From Candidatus Nomurabacteria bacterium (GTDB taxonomy: Bacteria > Patescibacteriota > Patescibacteriia > HK-STAS-PATE-3): a stretch of DNA of 64,000 bases. Shown here in pieces: positions 17,502 to 27,158 of this stretch. The stretch covers positions 544,001 to 608,000 of the forward strand of contig CP060223.1 in assembly GCA_023898465.1 (NCBI GenBank). The letters are read 5' to 3'. The translations under genes were made by a program, and so were the position numbers. The notes beneath the pieces were generated by a model, which ran no database searches, was not told where the DNA came from, and saw only the letters and a list, made by a program, of their open reading frames with translations. Position 1 is the first letter of the stretch; each line of letters opens with the position of its first letter.

Positions 17502-17948
17502 CTATACGGTTGTTTGCATTTTGCGCATTTCGTTACGGCGCAGAAGCAGGCTCACTACAAAAATTCCGAGGTAGAAAAAGAATCCATACACACAAGCTGG
17601 GAGGGATTCTGGCTTCTCCGCAGCCAACCACAATTCGTATACCGAGAGACTCAGTGCAAAAAGCGTGCCCACCAAACCTAACCAAACTAAAGCATTGGCG
17701 ATACCTTTTGAACTTCCCTTCACCCAATAGATTGCGGATAAAATTCCAATAGCCACATACATGGCAAATCCATATACGCAGTTTGGTAAGCCAACAATAT
17801 ATACAGGGTTCACTCCGCAGCTAATAATGGTTTGACCACATCCGTTCGCAAACAAATTTACATAGCTTAAATAGCCTGACAAGAGACCGCCCAACACCAC
17901 GAAAAGCAAAATCAAAGTTAAGGCCAACGAAGATTTCATATGTTTCAA
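17502..17948 (-). CDS. 4-TM membrane protein with four conserved Cys (C-x7-C loop pair and two LP[NA]CVYGF repeats). Possible thiol-disulfide oxidoreductase.
   Basis: NGCGQTIISCG. GLPNCVYGFAMY and SLPACVYGFFFY form an internal repeat. No CxxC, so not a canonical DsbB or VKOR. Confidence 0.5.
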   Translation of the reverse strand: MKHMKSSLALTLILLFVVLGGLLSGYLSYVNLFANGCGQTIISCGVNPVYIVGLPNCVYGFAMYVAIGILSAIYWVKGSSKGIANALVWLGLVGTLFALSLSVYELWLAAEKPESLPACVYGFFFYLGIFVVSLLLRRNEMRKMQTTV

Positions 17949-18035
17949 AGTTAAGGAATCTTTAACACCTCGGCTTGCAGCGCGCGACAGTTTTTTAGAC
18001 CGTGAGCCCGCTGCAAAACAAGTTTCAAAGAAATA

Positions 18036-18284
18036 CTATTGCTGAGGCATCGAAGGCATGCTCGATGAACCTGACTTGCCTTTTGCTGGCAAGGTAACAA
18101 GCACGTACAACGCTGAGAGACCAACGAGGACGTAGACGATCTTGGAAACCACTGAGAGATCGCCAAAAATAGTTGCTACCAAATCAAATTCAAAAGCACC
18201 GTATAGACCCCAGTTAAGGCCACCAATGACGAGAAGGATCATTGCGATCCAATCCATTACATTCATTTTCATAACGTTACTCAC
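18036..18284 (-). CDS. DUF378 family small membrane protein.
   Basis: WIAMILLVIGGLNWGLYGAFEFDLV...IVYVLVGLSALYVL matches the DUF378 pattern. Confidence 0.7.
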   Translation of the reverse strand: MSNVMKMNVMDWIAMILLVIGGLNWGLYGAFEFDLVATIFGDLSVVSKIVYVLVGLSALYVLVTLPAKGKSGSSSMPSMPQQ

Positions 18285-18363
18285 CCCCTTTCTTGTTATG
18301 CTGTGAATAAGTATAGCACTGAATGAAAAATAGTGCTATATATTGGGATTTATTACTAGAATA

Positions 18364-18394
18364 CAAAAACCCCGCTTTCACGGGGCTTTTGTTT
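18364..18394 (-). terminator. Rho-independent terminator (bidirectional type) after the DUF1761 gene.
   Basis: AAAAACCCCGCTTTCACGGGGCTTTTGTTT: 5-6 bp GC stem with A-run and T-run flanks. Confidence 0.6.
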
Positions 18395-18407
18395 AGTGCA
18401 ATACAAA

Positions 18408-18836
18408 TTACTGCCACACGGCTAAAATAGCCCCCATAACAAGGAGCTGAACCAGGTGATAGCCAGTGGTAATGGCAAAGTGGCCAAACTTCTTAAACTC
18501 AAATAAGTAGTTTGTACCAACAGTGGCAAAGACAAATCCTAGCCACATCCAAAAACCGGTAAGCAACCCATCTACCAATGTGGTAACTTTTACATACCCA
18601 ATGACATGCGCAAGTACATAAGCTACAACTAAAGAAAGAATAAAGGCAAAGAACATTGATCTTGCCGGATTCCCCTCTTTAATTTGCTCCTCGGTTTTTC
18701 CTACAAAGCCCATCCAGGCCTTACCAAAAACGCTTCGTGCGTACCAAATACTACCAACCAACATGGATGAGGCACCAGCAACTAAAACCGCCCAATAATT
18801 AATAGCTACATCGAACACATAATCACCCCCTTTCAA
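18408..18836 (-). CDS. DUF1761 family membrane protein.
   Basis: INYWAVLVAGASSMLVGSIWYARSVFGKAWMG... is the typical DUF1761 N-terminus. 4 TM helices. Confidence 0.65.
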   Translation of the reverse strand: MKGGDYVFDVAINYWAVLVAGASSMLVGSIWYARSVFGKAWMGFVGKTEEQIKEGNPARSMFFAFILSLVVAYVLAHVIGYVKVTTLVDGLLTGFWMWLGFVFATVGTNYLFEFKKFGHFAITTGYHLVQLLVMGAILAVWQ

Positions 18837-18865
18837 AACTTGTGCATAGTATATACGATTGGGGT

Positions 18866-19996
18866 TTAGGCGTCATCTGCCGTTTGGGTAGTGCAGGGAC
18901 AAGCAACCTTATCGAGTTGTAAGCGCTCGAGGATAGGCTCCGCTTCTTTATCTGTAGCCGGACGAGGCCTCGCATAGTCATCAATAATAACCGGTACGAA
19001 GTCTAAACCAGTGACACCCTCCTGGCTATCGATTTCGATATCAGCCAGCATCCCCTCCCTGGTTGGTTGTGACCACATTTGATCAAAAATAAAATTACCT
19101 AGACTGTAGAGAATATACTTCCCCTTATACGCTTCGATATTTTGCACCACATGAGGATGATGACCAATCACTAGCTCTGCTCCAGCGTCAATTGCTGCAT
19201 GAGCGAAATCAATCTGCTGCTGTGTTGGCGTGTAAGTATATTCAATACCAGAGTGCATCGAAACAAACACATAGTCAGCCATCTCTTGCGCTCGCTGCAC
19301 AGCGGACTGCATATTTGCTATGTCCATAAACGCAGTCCCAGGCTGCGTGTCGCTTGCGCCATAGCTGGCTGGAACTAAGGAGCTCCAGGTGTACGCAACG
19401 ATGGCGATGGTAATTCCATTACGCGTCAGCAAGGCCGGCTGCTCCGCCTGATCTAAATCTTCGCCTGCCCCGGTCGAGGCGATCCCGGCTGCGTCCAGAT
19501 AGCTTATCGTATCTAACAATCCATCATTTCCAAAGTTAGGACTGTGATTATTTGCCAAGGAAACTGCGGAAATATTTGCGTCAGCCATTAGCTCTTCAAC
19601 CCCAGGGTTAGCCCGGAAGCTTAACTCTTCTGCTTCAATATGCCGACCGGCTGTAATAGGACACTCCAGGTTTGCGAACACTGCATCGGCCTGCTGTAAA
19701 ATATCTTTCATGCCAGAGAAGGGATAGTCATTTCCCTTTTTCGCCATCTTATCTGCCACAGTACGAGAAAGCATAATATCCCCCACAGCATAGAGATGCA
19801 TGCTTTGTGACGATTCTTCAGGCACCTCACTCAAGTCTGTTGAGGGCTCATAGACAAGCTGATCTTGTAGTGAAGCGTATACCCTCGGTGCTCGCCCGGC
19901 AATCTTATTTGCCACCTGAGCAATACAAAACCAACCTGCGCCTAAGACCAGGATGATAACAACTACGGGATAAAAGTAACGGGCAGACATACCCAC
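18866..19996 (-). CDS. CapA/PgsA-family metallophosphoesterase (poly-gamma-glutamate synthesis-like).
   Basis: AVGDIMLSR...ADAVFANLECPIT...SLANNHSPNFGNDGLLDTISYLDAAGIASTGAG is the CapA signature. N-terminal TM helix. Confidence 0.8.
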   Translation of the reverse strand: MGMSARYFYPVVVIILVLGAGWFCIAQVANKIAGRAPRVYASLQDQLVYEPSTDLSEVPEESSQSMHLYAVGDIMLSRTVADKMAKKGNDYPFSGMKDILQQADAVFANLECPITAGRHIEAEELSFRANPGVEELMADANISAVSLANNHSPNFGNDGLLDTISYLDAAGIASTGAGEDLDQAEQPALLTRNGITIAIVAYTWSSLVPASYGASDTQPGTAFMDIANMQSAVQRAQEMADYVFVSMHSGIEYTYTPTQQQIDFAHAAIDAGAELVIGHHPHVVQNIEAYKGKYILYSLGNFIFDQMWSQPTREGMLADIEIDSQEGVTGLDFVPVIIDDYARPRPATDKEAEPILERLQLDKVACPCTTQTADDA

Positions 19997-20071
19997 ACGA
20001 TACCCTATTTTCCAAAAACGAGGAATAAGAAAGGCCTGCCGACACCGAAAGATGACGACAGGCCATAGTGG

Positions 20072-20494
20072 TCAACGAGGATTGACCGGCTGCTTGGGCG
20101 AAGACTTGGGCTTCGAAGAAGGCTTTTTGTCCACTCCATTGGACCGAGGCCTTCTCGACTTTCCGGTCCTTGTGGACGGCAGTCTGAAAGCTTCTTTCAC
20201 TCGCCCCGCCGCCAATTCCAGCTTGCTGGGCTTGGCAGACGAGCTATTCACCTCGGGTGCTTGCTTGGCGTCAGCGAAGTTCTGTGCGACCTCGCCATGA
20301 GCTTGAGCTGAAACACCGGATGCCCGACGATTCTCATCGCGCACCCGATCGTAGATCTCTTCCCGGTGGACAGCGACATTCTTCGGCGCATCAACGCCAA
20401 TCTTGACCTGTCCACCCTTCACATCCAGGATGATGATCTTGACCCGATCACCTACCCGGATATTCTCCCCCAACTTCCTTGTCAAAATGAGCAT
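20072..20494 (-). CDS. csrA: CsrA-like carbon storage regulator with a basic K/S/P-rich C-terminal extension of about 75 aa. GC-rich patch.
   Basis: [48 protein letters not shown] is near-canonical CsrA. The ORF's 25 upstream residues are an extension artefact. The tail is PKQPVNPR-rich. Confidence 0.7.
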   Translation of the reverse strand: MLILTRKLGENIRVGDRVKIIILDVKGGQVKIGVDAPKNVAVHREEIYDRVRDENRRASGVSAQAHGEVAQNFADAKQAPEVNSSSAKPSKLELAAGRVKEAFRLPSTRTGKSRRPRSNGVDKKPSSKPKSSPKQPVNPR

Positions 20495-20665
20495 GACTCT
20501 TGTACTCCATTGCTTGGCTGTGTGGCCATCCTTGGTTTCTCGGGCGCCAAAAACGCCCTCCTGTTGCAAACGGAGATACTACGCGAGTCTCTCTATTTTG
20601 TCAACCATGCACCGAACCTGGTACGGAGTGAGTCCCACACCAAACTTGGTGTGGGGTCAACCACT

Positions 20666-21010
20666 CTAGAGACGGTCTATCTTAACGGCCAGAATAAAAT
20701 CGTTTTCATGCAAACCGCGAATGGCATGAGTAAACAAGGTGAAATCGACTTTATTATAGTGAACGCAAAAGTCAGGGTGATGTCCTTCGGACTCGGCTAG
20801 CCCTTCAACCTTACGTAGGAATGCCATAGCAGCTCGGAAGTCGTCAAAAGTGAAACGCTTTTGCAGTGTCTTCATTTCCACACCATTCTTCTCTATTACT
20901 TTCACTTCCCAGTTAGAAAGCTGCGGGAGAAGCTGAGCTATCTCTTCATCAGTTGCCGGCGGTATACCGCCCTCGCATGGAACGCATTTCTTCGCTAGGA
21001 GCTCACTCAT
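20666..21010 (-). CDS. Pterin-4a-carbinolamine dehydratase (PCD/DCoH).
   Basis: E-x-E-GHHPD-x(5)-Y-x(9)-H-x(3)-GL signature: SEGHHPDFCVHYNKVDFTLFTHAIRGL. Confidence 0.85.
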   Translation of the reverse strand: MSELLAKKCVPCEGGIPPATDEEIAQLLPQLSNWEVKVIEKNGVEMKTLQKRFTFDDFRAAMAFLRKVEGLAESEGHHPDFCVHYNKVDFTLFTHAIRGLHENDFILAVKIDRL

Positions 21011-21251
21011 CTTTTTTCTCCACCACGATAGTGCATTCGGTCACCAATGCTGCTAAAGCACCAACTGCGGCAAAAACTGGCGCAATCACCGCGCCGACCG
21101 CTGCCCAGGTAACTGGAATTTCCAGCATGGTTTTATCATCTTGCCGTATGCTAATGCGACGAACATTGCCTTCGTGGATGAGTTCCTTGATCTTGCGAAC
21201 AAGGTCCTCACCATTGACTTTAAATTCTTCAGTCATTGCTTTGTTCTCCAA
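21003..21251 (-). CDS. DUF4342 domain protein.
   Basis: GEDLVRKIKELIHEGNVRRISIRQDDKTMLEIPVTWAAVGAVIAPVFAAVGALAALVTECTIVVEK matches the DUF4342 pattern. Confidence 0.65.
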   Translation of the reverse strand: MENKAMTEEFKVNGEDLVRKIKELIHEGNVRRISIRQDDKTMLEIPVTWAAVGAVIAPVFAAVGALAALVTECTIVVEKKDE

Positions 21252-22047
21252 ATTGTTGCTTAAGAGTCTTGGTAGCTTGCGCTAAAGTGGATGTATAGGC
21301 CTCACCGGCTGCCACAACTGCACTTCGCCGTGCTTCGCTTAGCTGTTGTAGGTCATCGCTACTTGCTCGTAAATCACTAAGTGCAATTTGTAAAGTTCGC
21401 TTCGCAGCGGCAAAAGCATCAAGAAGTGTGCTCTTCACCGCGCTCGCATTTACACCACTAACACAATCAATTTTCGCTGCATCTAGAGCAACTGCAATTT
21501 CGCTTTTATACTCATCAGTTGCTGCGGCAGTAATGCTTTTACGTTCAGCCAATAAATCCTCAAGCCCTTTACGATATGTCGCCAACGCTGCATCAACGGC
21601 TGCACGACGAATCTCTATCGCGTCTTCAACATTTTGGATAAATGCTTCCACCGCTTGCTTCTGAATTTCCGTATTTGCCCTTGCACGTAAGCGAGTAAAT
21701 TGTTGTAGACGATTTTTATCCCAGGTATCCCGATGCTCATCAAGCGATTGCTCGCGACTTTCCACCCGGGTATTCCAGCTTTGCTCACGACGATTTTGTA
21801 CGAGGCTTACCGCATCCTCCTTAGCAGAGAAACGCTGGCTTTGCTGTACAAGTAAAGTATCAAGCCGCGTACATAGCGCTGATTCCACTTGCTCTTGTAA
21901 TTCCGCGCTACGTGCGTTTGTAGCGTCAGCCACATTTCGCGCTTTATTTACCGCAGATCCGAAATTTACTTGAGCCAAAGCGAGTGTTGGCAAAACAGCT
22001 AACACGATTAGGGCAACTATTGAAATGCGATGCGTGGTGTAGCGCAT
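21229..22047 (-). CDS. Secreted A/Q/E-rich coiled-coil protein, hypothetical.
   Basis: Signal peptide IVALIVLAVLPTLALAQ. The rest is heptad-like and low complexity. Confidence 0.5.
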   Translation of the reverse strand: MRYTTHRISIVALIVLAVLPTLALAQVNFGSAVNKARNVADATNARSAELQEQVESALCTRLDTLLVQQSQRFSAKEDAVSLVQNRREQSWNTRVESREQSLDEHRDTWDKNRLQQFTRLRARANTEIQKQAVEAFIQNVEDAIEIRRAAVDAALATYRKGLEDLLAERKSITAAATDEYKSEIAVALDAAKIDCVSGVNASAVKSTLLDAFAAAKRTLQIALSDLRASSDDLQQLSEARRSAVVAAGEAYTSTLAQATKTLKQQFGEQSND

Positions 22048-22048
22048 A

Positions 22049-22396
22049 TTAAGGCAAGTCACTTTCAGTATAAGCCTGACCTAAATCAGTCAACGCTTGT
22101 TCGTCCTCGCTCAAAAGAGCTGCGTCGTCGGTTTTTAACGTAGTCGTTTCCTCAACCTGTGCATCTGAGGCTAATGCGTTAGCAATACTATCAATATCAT
22201 CGCTAGGCTCTGGTGGCACTGCTGAGAGCTCAGTGGTCTCAATATTTACATTTAATTGACCTGCAGTATTTGTACTATGTGGACTTGAGTTAGTATTATC
22301 CTCAGATACACTCTTTGACGAGCTAAAAAAATATACACCGCCAAAGGCAAGCGTTGCCAGAAAGAGTATGAGAATAATGAGGGTTGAAGCTCGCAT
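22049..22396 (-). CDS. Small membrane-anchored acidic protein, hypothetical.
   Basis: N-terminal TM then a D/E/S/T-rich region. Confidence 0.4.
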   Translation of the reverse strand: MRASTLIILILFLATLAFGGVYFFSSSKSVSEDNTNSSPHSTNTAGQLNVNIETTELSAVPPEPSDDIDSIANALASDAQVEETTTLKTDDAALLSEDEQALTDLGQAYTESDLP

Positions 22397-22451
22397 AGCA
22401 AAAAGTAGCTAGCTACAGCATAGCAAACCTCAAGGTGAATGGAAACCTGGC

Positions 22452-23801
22452 CTAATAGGGCTGCACGTCTAGAGGAAGATCTGTCGCAGTCGGGACTGCA
22501 TTACCTGCAACACTCTCATCATCATTCATCGGCACTACCAGGTAATAGGCAAATGAGGTAGCAGTATCAGCGTCGTCAATTGAACCAATAAAACGATAGG
22601 ATGGCTCGTAAAGGCGCTTACCGTCTGTGGTCGGCGTCCAAACCTGCACGTACGCTGGCTCAACTGATTGCACAGCTATATTCTGGGTATGTACTTGAGC
22701 GTTTTCGTTCGGTTGAGCAACTTGATCACGCCCTGGTCCCCATTTATTATCCTGCAGCTCATCCCAGGCCTGTGAAGCGCTCTTAGCAAAAATCTTCTGA
22801 TCTGATTCCTGTAAAAGCACTGGAATAACTGGGCCGGTAACATTTATCACTTTTGCCTCTGCGCCAAATTCAATTGTCACATAACGAATCAATTCACCAC
22901 TCTGATCGATGACTGGTACGCCATTTATTTCTTGGGTGTAATACACGGAGATAAAGGGCGTGTTCTCTGTCGCATTGGCAACATAAGGACCTACTGCGTC
23001 GGCTGGCAAAAGATTTCTCGACTTTAGGTAGTCTTCAGCTAGCTGCTTAGCCTCGTCTGCTGTTGGGACTGCGCTCTGATGCGTTGACAACCAATCTGCG
23101 CTTGAGAGTAAGGAATACCAATAGCGATTATCCTGAGCATAGGCATAAAGCTGATACGCATTTGGATCGCTCAATACAGTGGCGTCTGGCGGAGTTAAGG
23201 TATCTCCACTATTCTCTACGCTAGGAGTAACCACGCCGGCCTCAAAAGAAACGTTATCTTCATCAAAGACGGTAGAGCGAATAGTATCAGCTAAACCGAA
23301 TTGCTGCGCGATGGCAGTAAAATCTTCTTCTGTAACATTTCTAACGTTTTCAGAGTAAGTGCTTTGCTCTGATGTCTCCTGATCAAGAGTATTCCCATTC
23401 CAAGTATATGCATATTGCCAAACACTGAGCTGCGAAGTTTCTAAGCTAGGATTCACTGCATCAGATTCACCTAAAGTTATGCCCTGACTTGAATCGGTGT
23501 CTTGATATTTTGGTGCGCCAAAGAGCATCGCGCCAGTAACCGCTAAAGCGATTAACGCGAGTCCGCCAAAGTATGGCGCCCATCGAGGCCATTGACGAGC
23601 AACCGGCAAAGCAGCTTTGATTGGAGCCGATGGTAAACTAGGTGTTGTTTGTGCCTGTGGTAAAATTTTTGCAGCCGAAACTTGTCGAGATTTGGCTCGA
23701 GGCTTTTTCTGGCTAGGTTTTTTCACGCTGGTTGTTTTTCGAGCTGCTTTTGCTGTTGTCTTCTTCGTTCGTTTTTGTGTTACAGGCATGGAATACTGCA
23801 A
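22452..23801 (-). CDS. Membrane protein with a histone-H1-like basic N-terminal tail, one TM helix and a large extracytoplasmic domain.
   Basis: KRTKKTTAKAARKTTSVKKPSQKKPRAKSRQ tail. TM helix YFGGLALIALAVTGAMLFG. No family recognised. Confidence 0.55.
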   Translation of the reverse strand: MQYSMPVTQKRTKKTTAKAARKTTSVKKPSQKKPRAKSRQVSAAKILPQAQTTPSLPSAPIKAALPVARQWPRWAPYFGGLALIALAVTGAMLFGAPKYQDTDSSQGITLGESDAVNPSLETSQLSVWQYAYTWNGNTLDQETSEQSTYSENVRNVTEEDFTAIAQQFGLADTIRSTVFDEDNVSFEAGVVTPSVENSGDTLTPPDATVLSDPNAYQLYAYAQDNRYWYSLLSSADWLSTHQSAVPTADEAKQLAEDYLKSRNLLPADAVGPYVANATENTPFISVYYTQEINGVPVIDQSGELIRYVTIEFGAEAKVINVTGPVIPVLLQESDQKIFAKSASQAWDELQDNKWGPGRDQVAQPNENAQVHTQNIAVQSVEPAYVQVWTPTTDGKRLYEPSYRFIGSIDDADTATSFAYYLVVPMNDDESVAGNAVPTATDLPLDVQPY

Positions 23802-23808
23802 AAATTAA

Positions 23809-25050
23809 TTATTCGTAGCGAAGTGCGTCGATTGGATTTAGTCGGGCGGCTCGGATAGCCGGAGCAACTCCGAATATCACGCCAATAAGTACCGAGAAGG
23901 CTATTCCGATAAAGGCGATCCTGATGTCCAGGAATGTGCTCAAGCCCAGCTTGGCTTGAATAAATATCCCGGCAATGATCGACAAGCCTATACCTATCAA
24001 TGCACCAACAATGCTTAATATTACCGATTCTATGAGAAATTGTAAAAGGATGTTTGCTCCTGAAGCGCCAATCGCCTTTCGTAGGCCGATTTCCTTTGTT
24101 CGCTCAGTCACTGACACGAGCATAATATTCATAATGCCAATTCCTCCGACGATCAGTGAAATAGCAGCAATGCCCGCTACCGCGCCAGTGAGAATGCCGA
24201 AAAACTGATCAAACAAATCAAGAATATCGTCTGCGGTTAAGACTGAAAAATCTTTCACTCCTTTGTGATTGGCAAGTAGCTTTTCTTGAATAGCATCAAC
24301 ACCAGGTTGCACTTGCTCGGTTTTATCAAAGCGAGCAACAATTCGGAAAATGTTTAAGGTATCAAGCACGTCCTCAGCTGTAGAGACCGGAATGAGAATT
24401 GATTCATTGAAGTTAGGAACCTTGCCGAGTACGCCATTAGACTCACCGCTAAACAATTCTGAAGAGCTCGCGTAAGTACCAACAATCGTAAATTTCTCGT
24501 CGAGAAGCATAAAATCCTGACCTAGTGCGCCATCTGGGAAATACATATCCGCAAAATCACTTCCCACGATCGCCACCCTAGCGCTGTCAGTCATTTCACT
24601 ACTAGAAAAACCTCGACCATTCACGAAGTTAAACTCAAGCAAGGTATCAATGTCCGAAGTCGTTGCCATAATCAAGGGTTGGAATGGCGTATCCTCATTA
24701 ATACTTACCGCTCCAGGAACGATCATCATGGGTGCTACAACACTCGCCCCATCAATCGTACGTATGCTGGCAACATCCTCGAGACTAAGGGAAGAGAGAC
24801 TGGCAAAACTGGTAATCGCTCCCCCGCCTTCCTCTCCACCGAGGTCACCTGAAATGACTGCGGCAATATTTGCACCAAAATCAGAAATTGAGCTTTCAAA
24901 TTCCTTCTGCACACCGGTACCGATGCTTACCAGAGTTACCACCGAAAAAACACCGATGACTATGCCAAGCATGGTTAAGAAGCTACGTAAGCGACTGTTC
25001 CAGATAGCACTTAGGGCTAATCGTAAATTCTCCCAAATGAGATTAAGCAT
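23809..25050 (-). CDS. ABC transporter permease, FtsX/MacB type.
   Basis: N-terminal TM, large periplasmic domain, C-terminal 3-TM FtsX-like bundle with the ...GIGIMNIMLVSVTERTKEIGLRKAIGA motif. Confidence 0.8.
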   Translation of the reverse strand: MLNLIWENLRLALSAIWNSRLRSFLTMLGIVIGVFSVVTLVSIGTGVQKEFESSISDFGANIAAVISGDLGGEEGGGAITSFASLSSLSLEDVASIRTIDGASVVAPMMIVPGAVSINEDTPFQPLIMATTSDIDTLLEFNFVNGRGFSSSEMTDSARVAIVGSDFADMYFPDGALGQDFMLLDEKFTIVGTYASSSELFSGESNGVLGKVPNFNESILIPVSTAEDVLDTLNIFRIVARFDKTEQVQPGVDAIQEKLLANHKGVKDFSVLTADDILDLFDQFFGILTGAVAGIAAISLIVGGIGIMNIMLVSVTERTKEIGLRKAIGASGANILLQFLIESVILSIVGALIGIGLSIIAGIFIQAKLGLSTFLDIRIAFIGIAFSVLIGVIFGVAPAIRAARLNPIDALRYE

Positions 25051-25708
25051 CGCGCACCTCCCCATCACGGATAAGTATTCTACGCTGAGCGTAGGCCGCC
25101 ACTTCATCATCATGAGTAACCATTACAAGGGTTCGGCCCTGTGCATGCAGCTTGGCAAAGAGGTTCATAATATCTACACCGGTTTTAGAATCCAAATTAC
25201 CAGTTGGCTCATCGGCAAAAATAACTTTAGGGTCATTCACAAGCGCCCGCGCAATCGCAACGCGTTGCATCTCTCCGCCTGATAACTGACGCGGTGCATG
25301 ATGCGCCCGATCAACCAAGCCAACCTGCTCGAGGATCTCCATTACCTTTTCTTTGCGATTCTTTTTCCGACTATAGGTTAAAGGTAGCTCCACATTTTTC
25401 ATCGCACTATAGCGAGGTAAGAGATTAAAACTCTGGAATACGAAACCGATTTCCTCTAAGCGAATCTTGGCTAAGGCGTTTGAGCCTAAGCCCTGGATTA
25501 AACGTCCATCAAAATGGTATTCCCCACTGCTTGGTAAATCCAAACAACCTAGGATATTTAAAAGCGACGACTTACCTGACCCAGAGGGTCCCATAATGGC
25601 GACAAACTCCCCTTTGGCGACCGATAGATTTACACTGTGCAGAACCTCAAGTGAGTGATCACCTAACTGATACGCCTTAACTACATTTTTTAACTCAAGT
25701 AGTGCCAT
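25043..25708 (-). CDS. ABC transporter ATP-binding protein (MacB/LolD-like).
   Basis: Walker [10 protein letters not shown], signature [15 protein letters not shown], Walker [12 protein letters not shown]. Confidence 0.9.
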   Translation of the reverse strand: MALLELKNVVKAYQLGDHSLEVLHSVNLSVAKGEFVAIMGPSGSGKSSLLNILGCLDLPSSGEYHFDGRLIQGLGSNALAKIRLEEIGFVFQSFNLLPRYSAMKNVELPLTYSRKKNRKEKVMEILEQVGLVDRAHHAPRQLSGGEMQRVAIARALVNDPKVIFADEPTGNLDSKTGVDIMNLFAKLHAQGRTLVMVTHDDEVAAYAQRRILIRDGEVRDA

Positions 25709-25711
25709 AAC

Positions 25712-26518
25712 TTATTCCAAAATTCGACTTAAGACTACACCAATAAGGTAAGCTGATCCAGAAGCAATTGCGCCGACCGCTAACATCTCTAAGCCACCCT
25801 TCCAAAACGTGATGGTGGAAATTTTTGATCGAAAGGCGCCAGTAAAAAACATGGTTAATCCGGTCAGCACCATAGAGGCAGTGAAGGCAAACATACCAGC
25901 ATAGCCAAAGAGGAAAGGAAGTAGAGGAACGAAACCAGCCAGCGCAAAAGCAATAAAAGTGGCTAGACCGTGTTTAGCTGGATGGTAATCATCGTCTTTA
26001 AAAATACCTAATTCCTCTTTCATCATTATTTCAATCCATATCTCACGATTGCTGCACACGGTAGCAACCGCGTTATCAAGTGCCTGACCCTGAAATCCCC
26101 AATGCGCAAAAATCTCCTTGATCTCGTGTTGCTCAATTTCAGGAAAGTTATCAATTTCCCAGTTCTCTTTTTCGTGCTGCTTTTTTTCGTATTCACCCTC
26201 TGAGCGTTTACCTAAGTAATTACCTAAGCCCATTGATAAGCCATCACCGAGAAGATTGGCCGCACCAATGATGATAATTACCGTAGCAGCTAAATCGGCG
26301 CCCGCGGCACCAGCCACTACTGCAAAAGTCGTGACGAGACCATCGCTGGCTCCAAATACAATATCAGCCAGGTAGCGCCCTGTAGCTCGCTGGTGAAAAA
26401 CATCCTCTACCTGATGGTGGGTATAATTTTCCGGTAAGTTTAGCACCTGCTTCTTACGCTGCAGCGCTTCTTCTAGCTCTTTAGGAAATGTGTTTGGGAT
26501 ATTTTTCATAGCAGGCAC
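25712..26518 (-). CDS. VIT1/CCC1-family iron/manganese transporter.
   Basis: IVFGASDGLVTTFAVVAGAAGA, a soluble metal-binding helical insert (EEYEKKQHEKE), C-terminal TM helices. Confidence 0.75.
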   Translation of the reverse strand: MPAMKNIPNTFPKELEEALQRKKQVLNLPENYTHHQVEDVFHQRATGRYLADIVFGASDGLVTTFAVVAGAAGADLAATVIIIIGAANLLGDGLSMGLGNYLGKRSEGEYEKKQHEKENWEIDNFPEIEQHEIKEIFAHWGFQGQALDNAVATVCSNREIWIEIMMKEELGIFKDDDYHPAKHGLATFIAFALAGFVPLLPFLFGYAGMFAFTASMVLTGLTMFFTGAFRSKISTITFWKGGLEMLAVGAIASGSAYLIGVVLSRILE

Positions 26519-26560
26519 GTAGCACTATAACGCGTACAGGCTAAGCTAGCAATATCTTGA

Positions 26561-27157
26561 TTATTGGCACAATACTGTCGGCACCCCGCCTTGCAGCTCA
26601 GTTAAACAACCAGCCACTCGGGCGCGGGTAGTGCAATGGGCAGTCACGTTTTGCAAATCATCATCAGTTCTATCCCCTTGCGGAATATCGCCTTCTTGCA
26701 CGATGCAACGACCGATGCAATCACCGCTGTCACTGCACTCATTACCGCCGTCCTCAGCCCAGAGAGAGCACCCATCAGGAATAGTGGTACCACTCGGTCC
26801 CCATAGCCCGTCAAAAGCCAAGCACGCGCTCTGCGTTGAGGGCAGACAAAATCCATCTTGCCAAATCCATTCGCCTTCGGCTACTTCACAGGCACTCTGA
26901 CTCTGCGGTGCGTCAGCGCTTGTCTTTGGTGCTGGTGGCGCTACCGTTTCAGGAATCTCTTGCTCTGGCTGTAAGGCGAAGTTGTTGTTTGAGGAGTTTA
27001 CCGCATTAGTATTTTGCAGAAGCGCTGGGGCATTTTCATTTACTACAGTCTCATTTGCATTATACAGCTTCCATAAAATCCCCAAACCAACCACTAAGAT
27101 AAAAATACTGACGATAAGTAGGGGGCCGCTTAGATTTTTATGGCGCGGACGAAACAT
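26561..27157 (-). CDS. Secreted Cys-rich protein (TM anchor plus 12 Cys in about 110 aa), hypothetical.
   Basis: Cysteine spacing read from the translation. No family recognised. Confidence 0.45.
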   Translation of the reverse strand: MFRPRHKNLSGPLLIVSIFILVVGLGILWKLYNANETVVNENAPALLQNTNAVNSSNNNFALQPEQEIPETVAPPAPKTSADAPQSQSACEVAEGEWIWQDGFCLPSTQSACLAFDGLWGPSGTTIPDGCSLWAEDGGNECSDSGDCIGRCIVQEGDIPQGDRTDDDLQNVTAHCTTRARVAGCLTELQGGVPTVLCQ

Positions 27158-27158
27158 A

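Noticed and set aside
20632-20654. Perfect 10-bp hairpin CCCACACCAA/TTGGTGTGGG as an intrinsic terminator.
   Set aside because: No U-run follows on either strand, and it lies in the csrA 5' leader. Reported as a leader structure, not a terminator.
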